Shown here piece after piece: positions 21,560 to 34,093 of a stretch of 40,653 nt of DNA. How positions within the stretch are numbered: position 1 is the first letter of the stretch; every line of letters starts with the position of its first letter. This DNA comes from Hyphochytrium catenoides (Eukaryota; Protista; Hyphochytriomycota), in contig FLMG01000879.1 in the NCBI GenBank assembly GCA_900088475.1, forward strand, positions 1 to 40,653. Reading direction: 5' to 3'. The position numbers and the translations under genes are program-made. The notes beneath the pieces were generated by a model. That model was not told the DNA's origin. It saw only the letters and a list, made by a program, of their open reading frames with translations, and made no database searches.

Positions 21560-24328
21560 CTAGAACTGTTCTGCATGGAAGTGGAAGAGCGTCTTCTCCT
21601 TAGCCATTGGGTTCTCATCGTTACTGAGGTTGATTGTCTTCAACGTCTTCGCGATATCGTCTCTCATAACCGTTGGGCCGCAATAGAACACGCCCACACG
21701 CTTACCCGCATGCCTGCTCGCCAACGTACTGAAGAAGTCTTGCCACTTTGGCCGGCCGAATGCTGTCTGTTCCCTTGTCCGGAGGCCGGAGATAACGTCC
21801 AGGCCAGTCTGGCTGTGCACGTGCTTCTGTACGGCTGCCAGGGCACCAAGCTGCACGTCCGTGTCGGGGTTCTTCTTGATAGCAGTGAAGAAGTGATGGA
21901 ACTCCACCCGATCGGTGATGGCACCGAGCTGGTCGGCCGTGTCTTGAAACCAGTCCAGATTGTGCTGCTTGTTGGTGCTCCAGACGAAGTAGAGCTTCTG
22001 GATCATGCAGCAACACACTTGCGGCCGTTGGCGCCTGAGAACGCATTCAGTTGAGCAAGCTTTCCTCTTGACGGCATAGAGCATCTCTCTAGTGATTGAG
22101 GCGCAGGGCGTGACCCCTACGCCGGCACCGATCATCACCGTCACTTCATAGGTGTTAAAGTGCTCCGCAGGGGCGCCAATGGGTCCGTCAATGTAGCAGC
22201 TCGGCCACGCCAGGGCAGCAGGTGGACCTGACCATCCCGTGGGCTCAGAAGAAGGGAATCCACCGGTCTCTCCTGCTGCGGCTCCGACAACAAGTGGAAT
22301 TCCAGCACTGCCCATTTTCTTAGCCAGCAGACTGGACCTCCTGCTGCGGAGAGGAGCGGAGGAGCGTCGAGAGAGCGGATCGTCATCTTGCGGCAGAGGC
22401 GGCGTAGAATAGCGATGGCGCTGGACTTGCAGGTCAGATATAAGGTTATGCAGACGCCGGGACCAGTCTCCAGATCTTTGGATGTGCAAGGAGACGTACG
22501 GATCATCACAAGCTGAGGTGATTGTGAAGGGATGCCACTCGAGCTGAGAGATCTCTGGAATGCAAAGCCATAGATAATGTCCTGGACGGAACGATTTCTC
22601 ATATTTGGCGGACTTCTCTATGTAAAGCACTGTCGTCTCAGGGTAGGCCCTGGCGTGGAGGATACGCAGCTGTTGATTGAAGACTTTCTTGGCCATTCGG
22701 TAGCGTCGATCGATGAGATAGAGGACCAGTGGGCCTAACGTAATGTACCAGACCTTGGGTGGTACCAGCCAGGCGGTGATGCCGTGCAGCATGGCCATAG
22801 GGATGTACACCCAGAGCATTAGCTTGTGCAGATGATAGAAGACATTGAAGAATCGCTTCTTTAGGGAGGGAATGTAAGCCCAGGGCATCGCGAGGATGAG
22901 AACAATCAGGATAATCCAGCCAGTGACGCCAGGGATGGTCAGAAAGTTTAGCGCGTATGCTGGTGGAGGTGCAGCAAAATGTGGACCGAGAACGGTCGCC
23001 GCCAGCAGCTCCGGCGTGGTAGCAGCGATGGTAAATGCATTGATCTCATGGCCCACTGAGTGTCCAAGTGAAGCCAAGATGATCACTGAGCCGACAATTT
23101 TATGGAACAGGATTGCGTCATCAAAGGGCACCAGCCGGCTCATCCAGTGTAGTCCCCGCAGCCGAACCAGGGACCGGTAACAGAGAGGCAAGAGGATGAA
23201 GAAGCTATTAAACCGGATCACATGGGCATTCCCGGTTGCTAAGGGCACGCCGACTCCCGTGATGCGCGTTAGTTCCTTACGGCGGTAGAATGTCATAAAG
23301 TTGGTGGTGAACATATAGACGTTGCCGCCAATGTAGAGCAGCAGCCAGATGACGCGGATGGCGTTGGCCTTGAGTGCTGTCCGGATGCGAGACAATGAGC
23401 GCTTAGGCCAAGATGTGAAGGCAAAGAGGATGAAGAAGATTCCGGTCGGGACAGAGAGAAGAAGGCCGATGGAAGATGCAACGTAGTAGAGCGCACGTTG
23501 CCACTTAGGCAAGGCGGCAAACTGCGCATCTTCTGCATCTACAGTGGGAGGCTTGTCCACTGCTTTATTGTCGTCCCCACCTCTACCTCCTTTGCCGCTA
23601 TTGGAGCTGTCAAGGAGGAGCCGCATGATCTGTCCGTGAGATATAGTTCCGTACGCCTGTCCGCCTGCTAAGGAGAAGAGGACGGCTGCCACGGCTTCCA
23701 CTTCAGCGCCTTTGCACTGGACCTTGTTCCCTTCGAAGACCCAGAAGCGAAGAAATAGAGTGAACTCTTCCATTGTCAAGGCGCCGTCACCATCCCCGTC
23801 AAACCGAGAGAGGACCTCTCGTATATCTCCCCGGATATTTGCTAAGGCAGCGCCATCCTGTGCTGATCCGTCCTTCTCTCTCCCTCTTCTGGCTGCTCCA
23901 GCGACAGACATTCGCCCTCTGGCCATGTACAGCGTGCTCCTTACGTTAGGGGGAAGGTCGGTGGTGGGCTGAGGAGCAGCGAATTGCTGCTGTTTGTTGT
24001 TGAGCATAAAGAGGAACTCAGAGTTCTTCTCTGCAAAGGAGTTGTTGAAGAGAGAAGGCTTCCTGTGATCCTCCTCTTCTGCTCTCTCTCCCCGTCTTGT
24101 GTCATTGTATACGCGGGCAGCGGGAGAATGATCAATATATGGCGTGGCCCTGGCTAGCGCGGGGCCATACGAGGCTCCATTGTTAGTGGCATCTGAGGCG
24201 ATCTGGGCTGGTCCGCGACTGTTATCTGGGCGACCACCTCTTGGATTGGAGAGAAGATAATATGGCGCATCGTCTGGTTCATAGCCATCTGCGCCTCTCG
24301 CACCCCTTCTTCCTCCGCTGGGCATCAT
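21560..24328 (-). CDS. nox: EF-hand-containing NADPH oxidase (NOX5/NoxC/RBOH-type)
   Basis: EF loop DGDGDGALTMEE; heme His pairs FHKIVGSVIILASLGHSVGH and HLHKLMLWVYIPMAMLHG; FAD motif EWHPFTITSA; IDGPIGAP; NADPH motifs MIGAGVGVTP, YFVWS, VFYCGP; DVISGL..T.FGRP.W; C-terminal HAEQF (canonical ENF). Intronless, 922 aa. Confidence 0.96.
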   Translation of the reverse strand: MMPSGGRRGARGADGYEPDDAPYYLLSNPRGGRPDNSRGPAQIASDATNNGASYGPALARATPYIDHSPAARVYNDTRRGERAEEEDHRKPSLFNNSFAEKNSEFLFMLNNKQQQFAAPQPTTDLPPNVRSTLYMARGRMSVAGAARRGREKDGSAQDGAALANIRGDIREVLSRFDGDGDGALTMEEFTLFLRFWVFEGNKVQCKGAEVEAVAAVLFSLAGGQAYGTISHGQIMRLLLDSSNSGKGGRGGDDNKAVDKPPTVDAEDAQFAALPKWQRALYYVASSIGLLLSVPTGIFFILFAFTSWPKRSLSRIRTALKANAIRVIWLLLYIGGNVYMFTTNFMTFYRRKELTRITGVGVPLATGNAHVIRFNSFFILLPLCYRSLVRLRGLHWMSRLVPFDDAILFHKIVGSVIILASLGHSVGHEINAFTIAATTPELLAATVLGPHFAAPPPAYALNFLTIPGVTGWIILIVLILAMPWAYIPSLKKRFFNVFYHLHKLMLWVYIPMAMLHGITAWLVPPKVWYITLGPLVLYLIDRRYRMAKKVFNQQLRILHARAYPETTVLYIEKSAKYEKSFRPGHYLWLCIPEISQLEWHPFTITSACDDPYVSLHIQRSGDWSRRLHNLISDLQVQRHRYSTPPLPQDDDPLSRRSSAPLRSRRSSLLAKKMGSAGIPLVVGAAAGETGGFPSSEPTGWSGPPAALAWPSCYIDGPIGAPAEHFNTYEVTVMIGAGVGVTPCASITREMLYAVKRKACSTECVLRRQRPQVCCCMIQKLYFVWSTNKQHNLDWFQDTADQLGAITDRVEFHHFFTAIKKNPDTDVQLGALAAVQKHVHSQTGLDVISGLRTREQTAFGRPKWQDFFSTLASRHAGKRVGVFYCGPTVMRDDIAKTLKTINLSNDENPMAKEKTLFHFHAEQF

Positions 24329-24679
24329 ATTCTACTCTTCCGTCACGTGTCGGTGCTGGAGGTACCTCCGTTGCTCTCCTTCCGCTGTATAGGTTTGCGC
24401 TGGGGAGAGGAGCGAGTCTGGCTCATAAAAGATAAGCCAAAGATAGCGGACAGGCCGGGCGGCAGGTCTGTTCGCTTCTGCCGTGCAATGTGAACAATGA
24501 ACGGCAGAGAGGCCTCAGGCTGCCGGTCCAATGGGCGGCGGAGACAAATAGAAGATTGATGACAATGCCGCTTCTGATGTGATGATGAGACGAAGGGTCA
24601 AGAGGGTCAGAAGATTATGCAGAGCCAAGGAGAGAGAAGAGTTGAAGCGGAAGAGCTCCCAGCGAGGGAGAGTCAAAAA

Positions 24680-24690
24680 AAAGAGAGAGA

Positions 24691-24738
<48 letters not shown>

Positions 24739-25020
24739 TAGAGATGGCCTGAACGGGGAGGTTAGAGAGAGACATGGCCTATCACTTTGAGGTGTTCTGT
24801 GCCTTCTGCCAAGCAGACGTAAGAAAAGCGAACAATGGATAAAAGAGTCTGACAAGAGAAAAGGAGAACGAGGGAGAGAGAGAGAGAAAGAGAAAGAGAG
24901 AAGGGGTGGTGGAGAGAGAGGGGAAATAAGAGGGACGGAGGTATTGCCCGAGAGAGAAAGAGATGAGAGAGAAAGAGAGAGAGAGAGAGAGACAGAAAGA
25001 GAGAGAGAGGAGGAGGAGGG
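24680..25020 (+). repeat. (GA)n microsatellites and purine-rich tracts upstream of the NOX gene
   Basis: ga runs at ~24680-24735, ~24872-24900 and ~24950-25010. Confidence 0.93.
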
Positions 25021-28000
25021 CCCTAAATGAAGAGGCGGTTTGAAGTGCAAAGACAATGACCATCTGGCTAGGCTCAAGCTGAATCAGCCAGTGCTTTGCT
25101 GAGCCCACGCTGCTACTGATGTTAAAGTTAGTTGAGATCAAATGAACGCTATTTGATCATGGAAACCGACAGCACTGGGATAGAGGGCTAGTCATCCCTC
25201 TAAGATCTGATTGGCCGAGGGACTTCTTTCCAGCCAATCAGATCTCCTTTTACAGTAGTACACTCTATGTGGGGATTTAGACAGGTGGTCCACCGCCAGG
25301 TCTGATGGCCGTTACAAAGATAGGGGCAATCGTGTGAAATTACAAATAATAGCTCTGGATCTAACTCAAAACTAGAAATATAAACCTCACAAATTAAGAA
25401 TATTACTCTTACCGGGGGAAGTCTGGGTGATGAGAAGAAGGATGATCTTTCGTGGGTTGGTGGGTGCACCAGATGTGAGTGCCGATGATAGAGACAGGGA
25501 CAGCAGACCGACGACAGCAGAGAGAGAAAGACAGAAGAGAGATGGAGGCAAAAGAAAAGATGAGGAGAGAGGCGGCGCGAGACAGAGCAAGAAGAAGAGG
25601 AGGAGTAGGTGATGAAGAAACCGTGAAGGTTAGCGCGCTTCACTTTGAAGATATCGCTAACCCGCGCCAACGGCGCCGCATCCCCTCGTCGTCCGTCGCG
25701 GCTGTCTCCCTGGACTGAAGAGGAAGGAAGAGCCGGAGCTGCAGACAGCGTCCGCTGTATGGATTTTATCGCGGGTTGGTCGCCACTGTCATGACCAGAA
25801 GTGTTGAACCTAACTAGTGGAACTCATAATAATAACCGCTGCCTCTGCCAGCCGGAGATAAGTGTAGAAGGTGCTGCCCACCTTCTCGATGTTCGAGGAA
25901 GAATGGCATGATTTTCAGCTTCCACCACTCGCCTCTTCCCATAGTCAGCTTGGATGTTTAGATGTTGTCTATCGTCTAGAGCAAACCCAGTGATCTCTAT
26001 ATGTTTGGTCCTTTCGATTAGAACCGCCGCCGTTTGTCAGGATGGAGGGGCCATCGATGACCTGTCATGATGCTGTCCGCCCAGAGCTGATCCAGTGAGA
26101 GGCTGAGTAGAGAGTAAGCGATATTTATAGGTCAATTATTAAGAGACGTTTAAGGAGGGGATATGAAGCCCACAAGACCGTTGTGAGATATTAGCGCTAG
26201 CAAGAAAGAAGTGAATGATCTTACTTCTTACATGTGATGCTCATGAGAGATAGGTTAGAACTTAAGCAGCATCCCCTGATGTTCTGTCGGTCATTATTGT
26301 ACATAATAGACTGACGGTTACCCCGCTTGCGCCGTTGATCGAGAAGAACGATGATGGCTCGGCTGTGCCCTGACCGCCTTGCGATATGTATCCTTTGTCT
26401 TTAACTCGTCTGCAAAGGGAACGCTTTTCGTCTCGAAACAGCGATGCTGTTCCTTTGCCTTTCACTTTCTACGGATGTACATATGGAACTGGTACATCAT
26501 GACGGCGCATCGCGACATAGTCAGCTTATTGCCTTTCATCATCTCGTCCCGCACGCAGCCCATGCTTAGGGTCTTAGGAATAGTTCTGAAGCGCTAATGT
26601 ATATAGCTGCAACAATCTCTTCTCTAGTGATGGCCCTTCCTTGCCCCTCACTGGCAAATACCAGACAGTCGATTTGAACGAACAGCACCGCTGCCTCCTG
26701 GGGCATCGCCATTTGCACTCCCAATTCTTGACAGCCTTTGCGTCTAGCCCGTGAGGATCTGGAGGGAACGCGACGCTATTAGGAACACGTTGATAGGAGC
26801 TAGCAACTAGAGAATGAGCTTCCGTCGTCCCTGGAAGTGCCAGCATAAACATCCTGCAGATTTTGCGATTGCTTAATGCTCTAAGTACAACGCACGGCCG
26901 CCCTAGACCACGTATTGAAAGTATAATTAAGGGCCGTCTTAGAGCATTAGGATGAGTGTTTCCGCCCGCTGCTCGGCCGGCACCTATTAGCGGGAGGGAA
27001 CGCACCGTATCAAGGTTACCCTGGAAACGCCACAGTTTCTACTACGTATTCTCCTTGACGATCTACTAGTACACTAAGATGGTGCCATCATCCTCAGCAG
27101 TCTACCATTACCATCACATGGATGGCTTAAAGGTAGACGATTATTACTGAGGATGATGATGATGGACTCTCGGACAGTAAGGATGAGCAACCCGCAACAC
27201 GAAGCTAATACGAAGGTCATCAGGGCACATCAAGCCATTGTCAGCCTTTCCCTTTTTCAGAAGCTCAACCGATGATACATCTTTGCAGCCCTGCTTCGGC
27301 ATGCTCCTGCTGTTATGGGTGAGTGCAAAGATGGTGCCGGACTCACATTCGCCCTAATGATCGACAAATAACTGGCGGCGCCTACACCCAGCCAGCCTCA
27401 ATAGCAGCAAAGAAGACCGCAGTGACAGAGAGACCAGGCCCGCTTTCAATGCCAGAATGTAGAGCCAAGAACTATAGACGATCGACATCTTTCTGAACCC
27501 GTAAAGAATACAAGGAGAGCACAGGGGCCGATAGCCCCACCGGCCCTCTCCTGTTGATTGAATGAGAGGCAAGTAAGGGCTAATGGGCTGAAGCTTATAG
27601 GGAGTGTCCCGGCAATCAAGTTACAGTACCACTACGAGATGGGCTGTTCGGTTGCTAGGTTGCCATCGCCAGTCGGCCACGGAGGATTTCGAGGCTTCTT
27701 ACGACGCCATCGTAATACGAATGTGACTATTGAACTGCTAATAATGAGCAACTCGCGACACTTTCCTTAACGTTGCTGTTAGACTTCGTCCTACGCTTAT
27801 TAAAGCGCCGCGGTGGGGCGGCGCTTGCCATGTTGCTACTTATGAGAGAGACTAGATTATGGCAGGAATCTGAAGAGCTGGAATAATCTGCAGCAGCAGG
27901 AAAGCAGACAAGAGGCGAGACACGCAAACATTAAGCAGTGGGAGCTCCACCCACTGAAGACGAAGAAGGAGAAAGGATGGAACAGAGGCCATTGTTGCTG

Positions 28001-28299
28001 AAGTACTTCCATTATCTTCTTCTTTAGGCTAAGAACCATCCAACGACGACGACGGGGTACGATGGTGACGCTGGTGGCGCTCTTCACCAAGGAGAATCCA
28101 ATAATCTTTTTTGGTTGCTGGACCTTTACCTCCTCTACTTTTGGGCACATCAATCCGTAGGTGAACAAGATGCAGAGCGGGAAGAAGATCAGGATGAAAG
28201 TGCGCTTTCCTGGCTTCTGCCGCTTAAGCCCATTTGTTGGTCATCCTCACGGCGCGATCTCCCTTGTTTCTAAGAATTATGTCAATGCAAATGAGTGGA

Positions 28300-29170
28300 C
28301 GAAGCTCAATCATCATCACCGAGAAGACTCATCCGATAGGAGACACGAGGAAGCTGTGGACGAGAGTGAAGCATCAGGACTCAAAAAACCTGACTAAGAA
28401 GCTCTAGCATCTATTGATGAGCTATGTGCCGCACATCAAAAGCCGGCGATGGCCAAACTGACGAAGGAAGAAGTCTACATCATTGGGGCGCTTCTCGTGT
28501 CCAGCCCTCTTCTCCATCAACTTACAGAAGGGCTACTACCTTCTCCTTTATCGGCCGGTGTAGCGCTTAAAAGTTGCCATGTGTCACTTGCTGCGTGTCT
28601 AAGTTCCGGTTAGCTCGCTCAACAATATCTGTCCATTCATTGCAGGGCAACGCGGGTCTCGCTAGTGGCCAGCCGCATCATCGCAGAATAGAAGAAATTT
28701 TCGAAGGCCAAACGTTGCTAGGCAACAAGAGCTGTCATAGCCTAGCGCTAGCAGAAGGTGGGACAGACGCGGTTGCTAAGATAAGAATATGTATTGGTCC
28801 TTGCGACACCTTGGGATAAACCTGAAGCTAAGACGTGCAGGTGCTCTCAATGAGCAGAAGAGGTTGGCTGACGACCAGTCACAGCAACATTTTTGAGCAG
28901 AAACTCCATCTTCAGTCTAAGCAAAGGCGACATTCAGAGAAATGCACTATGGGAAGCAGAGAGCTGCATGGCGCGACGTGTAGGGCCGCCATGCCATCCC
29001 CAGCCTGATAAAGACCGGTTCCTTGACCTCGAAGCAGGCGATGGAGAACTCTCTTGTGAGGTTATTGGTCTTACTCTCGAATTGAAAGTATCTTCTTGGG
29101 AAGAGGCCAATCAGGAGATAGCGAGATCCGTGTCGATGAGCACATGCCTGTCTGACCCTCAGCACTAAAG
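28300..29170 (+). pseudogene. Fragmented fossil gene, family unknown
   Basis: The frame of ORF 28161..28397 continues past TAA: EALASIDELCAAHQKPAMAKLTKEEVYIIGALLVSSPLLHQLTEGLLPSPL... then DKDRFLDLEAGDGELSCEVIGLTLELKVSSWEEANQEIARS, with several TAA/TAG/TGA interruptions. Confidence 0.3.
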
Positions 29171-29649
29171 GGAGGATTTCGCAAAATAGTCAGTGCATGG
29201 AGGAGGGAAGATGCCACCCTTGCATGCACTCAATCACTCTACTTAGCAGGTCTTCATCACCGGGCAGCATGGGTAGGATTAGCTGTTTTTTGCAAGGTCA
29301 TAGAAGAGGTTAACAATGGATGCCTTCTCCTATAAAGTACATAATCAGTCATCAACGAACATGGATGGTGCTAACGTCGTGAAGCGATTGGGGGAGATCG
29401 GTGATGAGTAAGATGGGTGGCTTTTTCTTTCTCCATCACATTCCGTTCGGAGCAGGGCGGGGAAGCATAAGCACCCTCCTTGTGCTTCTTTCTATTGCTG
29501 TCTCTGCTGAGCATGTGATCATTGACTATGACCTACTCCTCTCATCCAGCTGGCACCTCAACAGTGTGGAAGAAAGAAGGAGAATAATAAGATGGAAAGC
29601 GACGAGCGAGGGCTCAAACTGTGCTGCAATGGGCGACACAAGAAGGAAG

Positions 29650-32005
29650 AAGTTAGAGAAAAAGCAATTTGGCCAGCAGCAGCTTCATAGATGGCGTTTA
29701 GTGTGCCTCCGCCTCCCAAGTCATGATAAATAAGCTGCTGGAAGTCAAGGATCAAGAGGTTCTAGTCCTCACTTATGGTGCCCCTGCTCGCACGCCGCCG
29801 GGCCATCTCTTTATTGAGATAGTATATTCACTGCTTCAATGTCAGAAGCTACCAGCGATGATGCTCGCTCTAGACAACCGTCAGTAGAAATGCTACCTTC
29901 TTAACGTGTAGTTCCTCCCTGTAACCTACGAGGAGTATCTAGACATCTGTTCATCAACTATGAAGCTGGTTAGTCACTTGCTCGCTTTATTTGGAGGATG
30001 CAACTCATGAGCGCTCAATCATAGTCATTTTAAGAACAGGGCTAAAATGGTCTTCTGCCCGTGGACCTGATGTTTCATCATGCCAGTCTGTAGCAAATGT
30101 GTGAGTGCAGGTCATAGAGCTCTCCTACTTCAACCCTTGTCGACAGCAGTAGCTTTCAAAAATGCAGCTCACTCCTCCTATGGGGCGCGTGGTGACACCA
30201 CTCTCCTAGTAGAAAAGGGGAAAGTTCTTCGGCTCCATGATGACAAGGTCTAAACAAAGAAGGATAGGGCTTGTCAAGATTGCTGCTGTCTGTTGCCTGT
30301 CCGTGGTGGTGAGGTGCCTCCTCTTCATGTTGTCCAGCATAATCAAGAAGGCTCTAGCTGGAAGTCGATGGTAGGACAAGAGGGAGCGCAATGAGCTATG
30401 ACCAACACCTCCTCTTTCTGCACGTAAAGAGAAGGAATGACGACTCTGTCAGGAGCCCAGACCCTTTCCTCTCTTCCTTCTGCTGGTATTTGGTCATGAT
30501 CCAAAGGAAATAACAGCTGGAAGACTTGGTCACGACTCCTGTGTGGGGCACACGAGTCCTTTGCCCTTAGAGAAAGAAACCTTAGCCTCCCCTGATGTTG
30601 AAGGTTAATGATGACAGCAGCAATAGTACTAGTGAGATTCTATCCTATGGATAGCCATAGGTGAAGGGAAAAGGAGCATTCGGGGCTCTGAGAGCCAGTT
30701 ACTCTGGATGTTTCCTGGCACTGTGCTCATTAGCCCTAATCATTCGTCTATCGGTATCACACTGACAGCGCCAATGAAGAAGTAAAGAGTACAAAGTAGC
30801 AAGGCTGTCAAAGCACATTACATTATAACTATGTTCTTGTTCAGCTCATTTTGGCATTATAGTAAGAAGCATCTCCTTCCCCTTGGGGCTTACTCAACTG
30901 ATTTTGGAGCACGCTGTCAATCGTACCCAGTCTTCTGCTGCTTGCTGCAGCACCAAAAAACAGAAGGAGAGGACATGGCACTCTGGCACCTTATTATTGG
31001 GAGCTCGCAAAGTTAAAGAAGGCTGGGGAAGAACAGGGGAAGCTTGCTGTTTGGAAAAAAGCGAGTTGGGTGTTGAAGATAGGGAGAGGGCACATTGACT
31101 TTGGGTTCTCCGCGTGATGATCTTGGTTATAAAAAGCATGGGACCGAGATAGGTTCATGGATCAGAGAATGAAGCTGCAGCCCAGACCTTCATATTCAAA
31201 AAGCGAGGCAAGAAGGTTTGGACATGCTTGCGTTGACGGGGAGAATTCAAAGAACGCTGCATCACTTCTAGTGCTCGAGAGAGGGAGAGAACGCCGCGTG
31301 CCTCCCCATCAATGACCAGTTATTACGACAGTAGTGCCCTACGCTCAATATCATTTCGCTATCTTCTTGCGCTTGATGGTTTGACTCCTGCAGGTGGAGA
31401 AGAGAAAACAGTTTAATGTCAAAGCAGTCCTGGTACGAAGTACAGTACTCGTACTCTATGACCGCAAGCCACGCTTGGCCCAAAGTAGAAGGAACTGCAA
31501 GGATGACCCTTGATGTTCGCCATCAAGAACACCAATTGCTGGATTCCTTCCTTCCTCAACCACATCGTCTCGTCTGTTGACCGTGCCTATGCGTTGACCA
31601 ACCTTCAAGCGAAATAAACAAAGCCCTTACAGAGGCTCTGACTTCTTTCATTTTCCTGGTGGAAGGGTAGAAAGTATTTGATGTTCTATGGCATCCAGGT
31701 CCGCTATTGAAGTCCTGCTGCCACCCAGCCAGAGATGGGAGTCGACTACAACCAGAGAGTCGAAATGCTATCAATTCTTGAAAACATAGGGAGGTGGTTG
31801 ATGACGATGATATGCATGGATACCTTGTTGCGCCCAATGAGGGACCATACTCGCTGTATGAAGCAGGTCGAAAGAAGGTGTCCGAGGTGAGGTCGGAAAG
31901 TCGCAGGGCATCCAAAGAAGCTTTCATTTGGTCTTGCTGCTGCGATGATCCAAAGGGGAAGAACATGACAGCATCACTCAGGGTGAGACATACTACTGGG
32001 CACAT
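29650..32005 (-). pseudogene. Long fragmented fossil gene region, family unknown
   Basis: Chain of short minus-strand ORFs (31556-32005, 31268-31483, 30894-31139, 30206-30391, 29558-29755). Reading through stops gives ILLVGYREELHVKKVAFLLTVV*SEHHRW*LLTLKQ*IYYLNKEMARRRASRGTISED*NLLILDFQQLIYHDLG. Confidence 0.3.
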
Positions 32006-32149
32006 GAGGGAGCAGGGTAAGCAGGCTTGTCACATGCAAAGTGATAAAGCTTGAAAAGCTGGTAAGAAAGGCCAAATAATGCCCAACTCTTTCTATGGCT
32101 GGCCCAAGCACTCCCTGTCATGTACTGTTCCTAAACCCTACGTTCACTG

Positions 32150-32411
32150 CCTCCTCCTCTCCTCGCCATCTCTCTCTCTCTCTCTCTCGCCCTCTTCTCT
32201 CCTGTGAGCTCTCCTGTGTCTCTCCCTCTCTCATCTCCCCCTCCCTCGGTCTCATCTCTCTCCTGCTTACACTCCCTCTTGATCCCCCTCTCTCTCGGTC
32301 TCTCTCTCTCTCGGCCCCATTTTCTCTCTCCCAGCCTTTCCCTACTCTCACAATCTCCCTCTCTCTCTCTGTCTCTCCCCCTGCAATGCTTGCTCTCTCT
32401 CTCTCTCTCTA
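32150..32411 (+). repeat. CT-rich degenerate microsatellite
   Basis: Pyrimidine-dominated ctct tracts read directly. Confidence 0.9.
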
Positions 32412-34093
32412 ATCCTAACAGCGGGCATCTCAGAAGTGCAGTCAGGAAGGCAGAAAGGAAGCCTGAGTGAGCTTGAACCTGTGTCGGTTACAGAATCAGA
32501 AGCCCAAACTCAGATGGCCAAAACGCCCAGCTTGGATCACCAATAAAGGCAGACTCTAATTTGAATAAACAACATATATTAGTGAGGTATTCAGTATAGA
32601 CCCCTATTCTAAAGACTTTACAGACAAATCAAGGCATGACGGTCTATTCTTGATGGAGAGGCTCATGTTTTAGTATATCAGTGAGTGTTACTGACATTAT
32701 TGTAGATAATGTGCAGTGTGGTACAGCCACTACAACTACAGCCTTTTGGTCCCTTTTCCGCGTTGACGTGGAGGGATCTTGGCCCTGGTGAGACAAACAC
32801 GTCAGAGTGAGAAGGGTGGAGGAGGGGGCTTCTGTTCTAAAAGGGGCCAGAGTTGGGATACGAGGACACATCCATACTGGCCATAATTCTGAATACCTCA
32901 TTTACCTCTATGAGGTTTACTGTACAAATGTGCGGGCTCCGATCAACAATAATCTAGGTTTAGTACTGTAGTTGTAGCCGTTTCAGGCCAGGTCATTACA
33001 ATAGAAAATTACGGTACAGCAATTCTCTTACTTTCTCTACGACGAGCATTCCTACTCTAAATGTTACTCTAAGTTGGTCGATTGGTCGCCTCTGGAAGTA
33101 AGTATAGCCGTTTGCAGTTGAAAAATGGGTAAAAGTCGGTTGGTTGGCACAACACTCTTTGGTCCAACCTGCCCCCAATTCTTTGCTGGAAGCGCCATAT
33201 CTCGCTCCACTCTTTCTTTTTCTGATGGTGTAACTTATATGTAGGCACAGTATCTAACTCTGACTCTGGCTGGCGTCCATCGTCCTTCACACATGTCCCA
33301 CCTAATATTTCTCTTATAGAATCAACAAGTGTCTGGGGCTCCTTTCCCTCAGTGGCCTTCTCTCCCTCGTCTCTTCTGTCTGCTGCTGTCAGTCTGATGA
33401 CCATAAACCCATGGCTTCCTGCCCCTCACCTGATGAGACTGTGGGAGGTAGTGCTACAGAGGACAGAGGAGAGATGGGATGGGCCTAGCAGCGAGAGAGA
33501 GAGCGAAAGGTTGCTTGGGCCTTTTGCAGGTAGGAAGCACTGAAGGGTCGGCCTGTGTCCTCTCTCTCTCTTCTCTCTCGTTGTTGACAGTCGACTGATA
33601 AGAGTTCTACTGTTGCCCTGATCACCCTTCTGCTCTCTTCCTCACCTCCTTTATCTTGGTCGCTTTGCTCCCTCCAAGGAAGGCTCTAACAAGGTTAGGA
33701 AGATCGTGGCTGGGGCGGGAGGGCGACCCAACTCCTTTCCCAGTATCATTTCCCTCTCTGTTCCTCTTGTGGAGATGCGCTGTTCGTCAATTGAGAAGTG
33801 CATGTGAGGGCCGCCGCCTCTTCATCACTCACCACATCTTGCTCAGAGACAAAATATACCTGCATCGGGCACGACCAAGTCTCAAGAATCAAGCTGGCTC
33901 ATACGCTTGCGGCGTTGCCGCCATAAAAAGCACTCCTGTATTATATCTAACCTTGAGAACCTAGGCAGTAGAAGTGACTGTCAGCCGCAACAAGACAAGA
34001 TCCTCTCTACCTCCAAAGTGGTGAAGCGCTTTCCCATTTCTGCTCTCTTCTCATCGCTGCTCATTTCATCGTCTCATTGACCAATCCACAAAC

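Noticed and set aside
21461-24435. Antisense and alternate-frame ORFs over the NOX gene (likewise over 6675-9720, 34094-35791 and 38269-40595)
   Set aside because: They are shadow ORFs of long coding frames with no independent motifs.
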